From: Octopus vulgaris
Lineage: Eukaryota
NCBI GenBank assembly: GCA_951406725.2
Contig: OX597816.1
Span: 137,764,001 to 137,828,000 of the forward strand
Length of the DNA: 64,000 nt
Direction of reading: 5' to 3'
Part shown: one piece after another, positions 61,513 through 64,000 of the stretch
Layout of the letters: each line of letters begins with the position of its first letter
Numbering within the stretch: the stretch's first letter is position 1
Made by a program: the position numbers and the translations under genes
Notes under the pieces: model-generated
The model's database searches: none
What the model was told of the DNA's origin: nothing
What the model saw: the letters and a program-made list of their open reading frames with translations, nothing else

Positions 61513-61515
<3 letters not shown>
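60647..61515 (+). mobile_element. Internally deleted Tc1/mariner DNA transposon, DD37D (maT)-type
   Basis: TA-flanked TIRs CAGGGTGCGATGAGTAAATTGTCG / CGACAATTTATTCACCGCACCATG; WQQD followed by 37 residues to WPPNSP.CNPL(G)YY, last Asp mutated. Confidence 0.88.
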
Positions 61516-61574
<59 letters not shown>

Positions 61575-61660
61575 AATCCAAACGGGAAACAAAAAAACAA
61601 CAACAATGGAACAATTACAGTATTATTATTAATAGGCGCTCAGGAAATGGAAGCAGGGAG

Positions 61661-61695
61661 GTATGACGTTTCGAGCGGAGCTCTTCGTCGGAAAC
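61661..61695 (-). ncRNA. Minimal hammerhead-like motif, CCGACGA core with GUC site, in a cassette at about 61570-61773
   Basis: gttt-CCGACGA-a-gagc-tcc-gctc-GAAA-c-GUC-atac; core and helix II identical to the 33866 copy. Confidence 0.72.
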
Positions 61696-61772
61696 ATAAA
61701 GAAGGAAGAGAGAGGAAAGAAAGATCCCGGAGCGGGCAACGGAGATAGAGAAAAAAACGACTGGTGTTAGGA

Positions 61773-61857
<85 letters not shown>

Positions 61858-63462
61858 TCCTCCCATCACCGTTTGACAACCGGTGTTGGTATGTTTACAT
61901 CCAAATAACTTAGCGGTTCACCAAAAGAGACCGAGAGAATAAGTAATAGGCTTTAAAAATGATATAGCTCCTGGGTGTCAATTTGTTCAACTAAATCTCT
62001 CAATGCGGTGCTCCAGCATGGCCGCAGTCAAATGACTGAAACAAGTAAAAGAATATCATTTATATATACACATCTTAATTATACGCGTTTGTTGCCGTTT
62101 AAATTTTGGTTTCTTTCTTGTCTCCTTCATCATTTAATGTTCTTCATCGATTCTCTCACCTCCTCCTACTACTTCGCTGGTTTCCATGTTTTATCTTTTT
62201 TTTTTTTACGCCCCTCTTTTCTCTCTATATTCCCAAAGAAAGCAGACATTTAACTACGTGCAAACCAACTTTCAGGTAAGGCTAGTTCGGTTTAGATCTG
62301 TGAAGTAAATGATATCGCTATCACACATACCGAACTGTTTGCTATATCATTACAAGGCACGTCTGCAAGGGGTTTAAACAATTTATCCTCTATTGTACAG
62401 CTTGTCAACTACAACTGGCGTGCATTGCAGTGTTGCAAGCTTCAGGAGGTGTTCGCCATTGTCACTCATTTACACTGTCAGTTGGCACAGTGCGTGACTA
62501 ATCAAACCGAACGAATTCTGCGGCTATTTGCCTAACGTCTGAACGGCCAAATAGTGAATTAGTGACTCTTAAGACCGGTCACAGCTATTAATCCGGTGTG
62601 GAGTCGATAATCAGTGTTTAGAGAAACGTATATCGGTATTAAACGTAATGTTTATAGTCATGGTTGTTAATTCTGTTGTAAGTGGTGGTGTTGGTAGTGG
62701 GGTTGATATCGATGTTGTTATCACTATGTTCGCCATCGGTTTATTTATTTTTTTATTTTGTTCTTGGAATCGATATGACTGTTGATATTTTCTTGTGGTT
62801 GCTGTTGATATTGTTCTTGTGGTTGCTGTGGATATTGTTGATGTTGCTGTTGTGTTTTAGCCCCAGGCCAGCCCTTATCCAACAGACTTATGATCAAAGG
62901 AATTCTAGTTATGATTATCCTGTTCTGTTTCCTGTTTGTATACCTCGGCTACATTTTCTAATATGACCTTCTTTCTTGAAGACAGCGGAGTGAGATTTGA
63001 ATGCTATGTTTCGTAATTTAAATGACCGTCGATTAATTCTAATTAAATTAGTAGTAAATACCAGAAAATTGAATGGACTCGAGATACATTATCCCTTGAC
63101 GTACATGTGCACGGAAAATTGAAGACTGGATCTATAATATTTATTCTGCTACTGTATGTTGCTAAAGTTTTAACAAGTCTCAATGCAGTCACTTCAAAAC
63201 ACAAAAAACCGCTCTACCCTAAATTTTCTTATTCTTTCTCTTGGTAGCTTAGATCAGTGGTCCTCAAAACTTTTTTGCCTATAGATCCCAATGTACTCAG
63301 AGGTGGGCTGTCATAATAAACTCCTATTATATTTTTATGATTAAACATTATTAGAAATTGTATAAAAATATGTTTAAATATTTTGTGTAGTGTAGAAATA
63401 CAAAATAATTCTTTAGATTACTTACATTCGACGGATATTTGTCCTTATCTTGTTTGTTGTTA

Positions 63463-63506
63463 ACACAACGTTTCGGCTGATATACACGCCAGCCTTCTTC
63501 AGGTGT
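63463..63506 (-). ncRNA. Type I hammerhead ribozyme with canonical core
   Basis: acac-CUGAAGA-a-ggctg-gcgtgtatat-cagcc-GAAA-c-GUU-gtgt; helices I and II perfect, ACGT palindromic helix III. Confidence 0.82.
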
Positions 63507-63556
63507 CTTGGGGAAATTTCGAACCTGGGTACTCATTCCGAAGGTATTTTTCGATC

Positions 63557-63633
<77 letters not shown>

Positions 63634-63706
63634 GTTATTGTTATTGTTATTATTATTGTTATTATTATTATTGTTATTATTGTTGTTGTTATTATTATTA
63701 TTATTA

Positions 63707-63748
<42 letters not shown>
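63557..63748. repeat. (TAA)n microsatellite (tail or target of the adjacent LINE)
   Basis: Directly visible. Confidence 0.95.
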
Positions 63749-63750
<2 letters not shown>

Positions 63751-64000
63751 TAGTTTTATTTTTATAGCGTGCTTTCACTTCACTACCGAGCGCAGCTCTG
63801 TGTGCCTTGGGTATGTGCTGTGATTTGTTGTGATGCTCTGATGGTTATTGTATGGAAAGTGTTCTGCGTAGGATGTGTGCAGTGCCTAGTAGTGCAATTT
63901 TCTGTATGTTATATGTGTTTGTAAGTCCTGGTGTTTTTGTTATGTATTTGTCTGAATATTTTTTTATCATGCCTAATGCACCTACTATGATAGGAATTGT
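63749..64000 (-). mobile_element. 3' end of an R4/Dong-like RLE non-LTR retrotransposon that continues beyond the window
   Basis: 64000-63845 reads TIPIIVGALGMIKK..IQKIALLGTAHILRRTLSIQ*; about 95 nt 3' UTR runs into (TAA)n. Confidence 0.8.

Larger units (their letters stand above)
60432..62052 (+). mobile_element. SINE family A split by two nested insertions
   Basis: 5' half 60432-60592 and 3' half about 61853-62052, with a transposon and a hammerhead cassette between them in the TA linker. Confidence 0.8.

Overview
AT-rich, microsatellite-saturated animal genomic DNA. The repeat families suggest a coleoid cephalopod such as Octopus (inference). No intact host protein-coding gene is supported, and almost all long ORFs in the track are (TA)n, (TG)n, (TAA)n or (GAT)n artefacts. 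The window is mostly transposable elements: CR1-group LINEs (one with a near-intact EN-RT ORF2), several decayed Penelope-like elements (RT and GIY-YIG), R4/Dong-like RLE LINE ends, a DD37D Tc1/mariner, a mariner-derived MITE, Helitron/Helentron pieces, at least three tRNA-derived SINE families and a tRNA-Val(TAC)-like gene. The most unusual signal is about 12 hammerhead-ribozyme-like folds in short, mostly (TA)n-embedded non-coding cassettes. Several keep their helices but carry non-canonical cores (CCGACGA, CUGUUGA, UUGAAAA, AGGAAGA), and some lie in fold-back palindromes. All folds and family assignments were read by eye, and most repeat boundaries are approximate.
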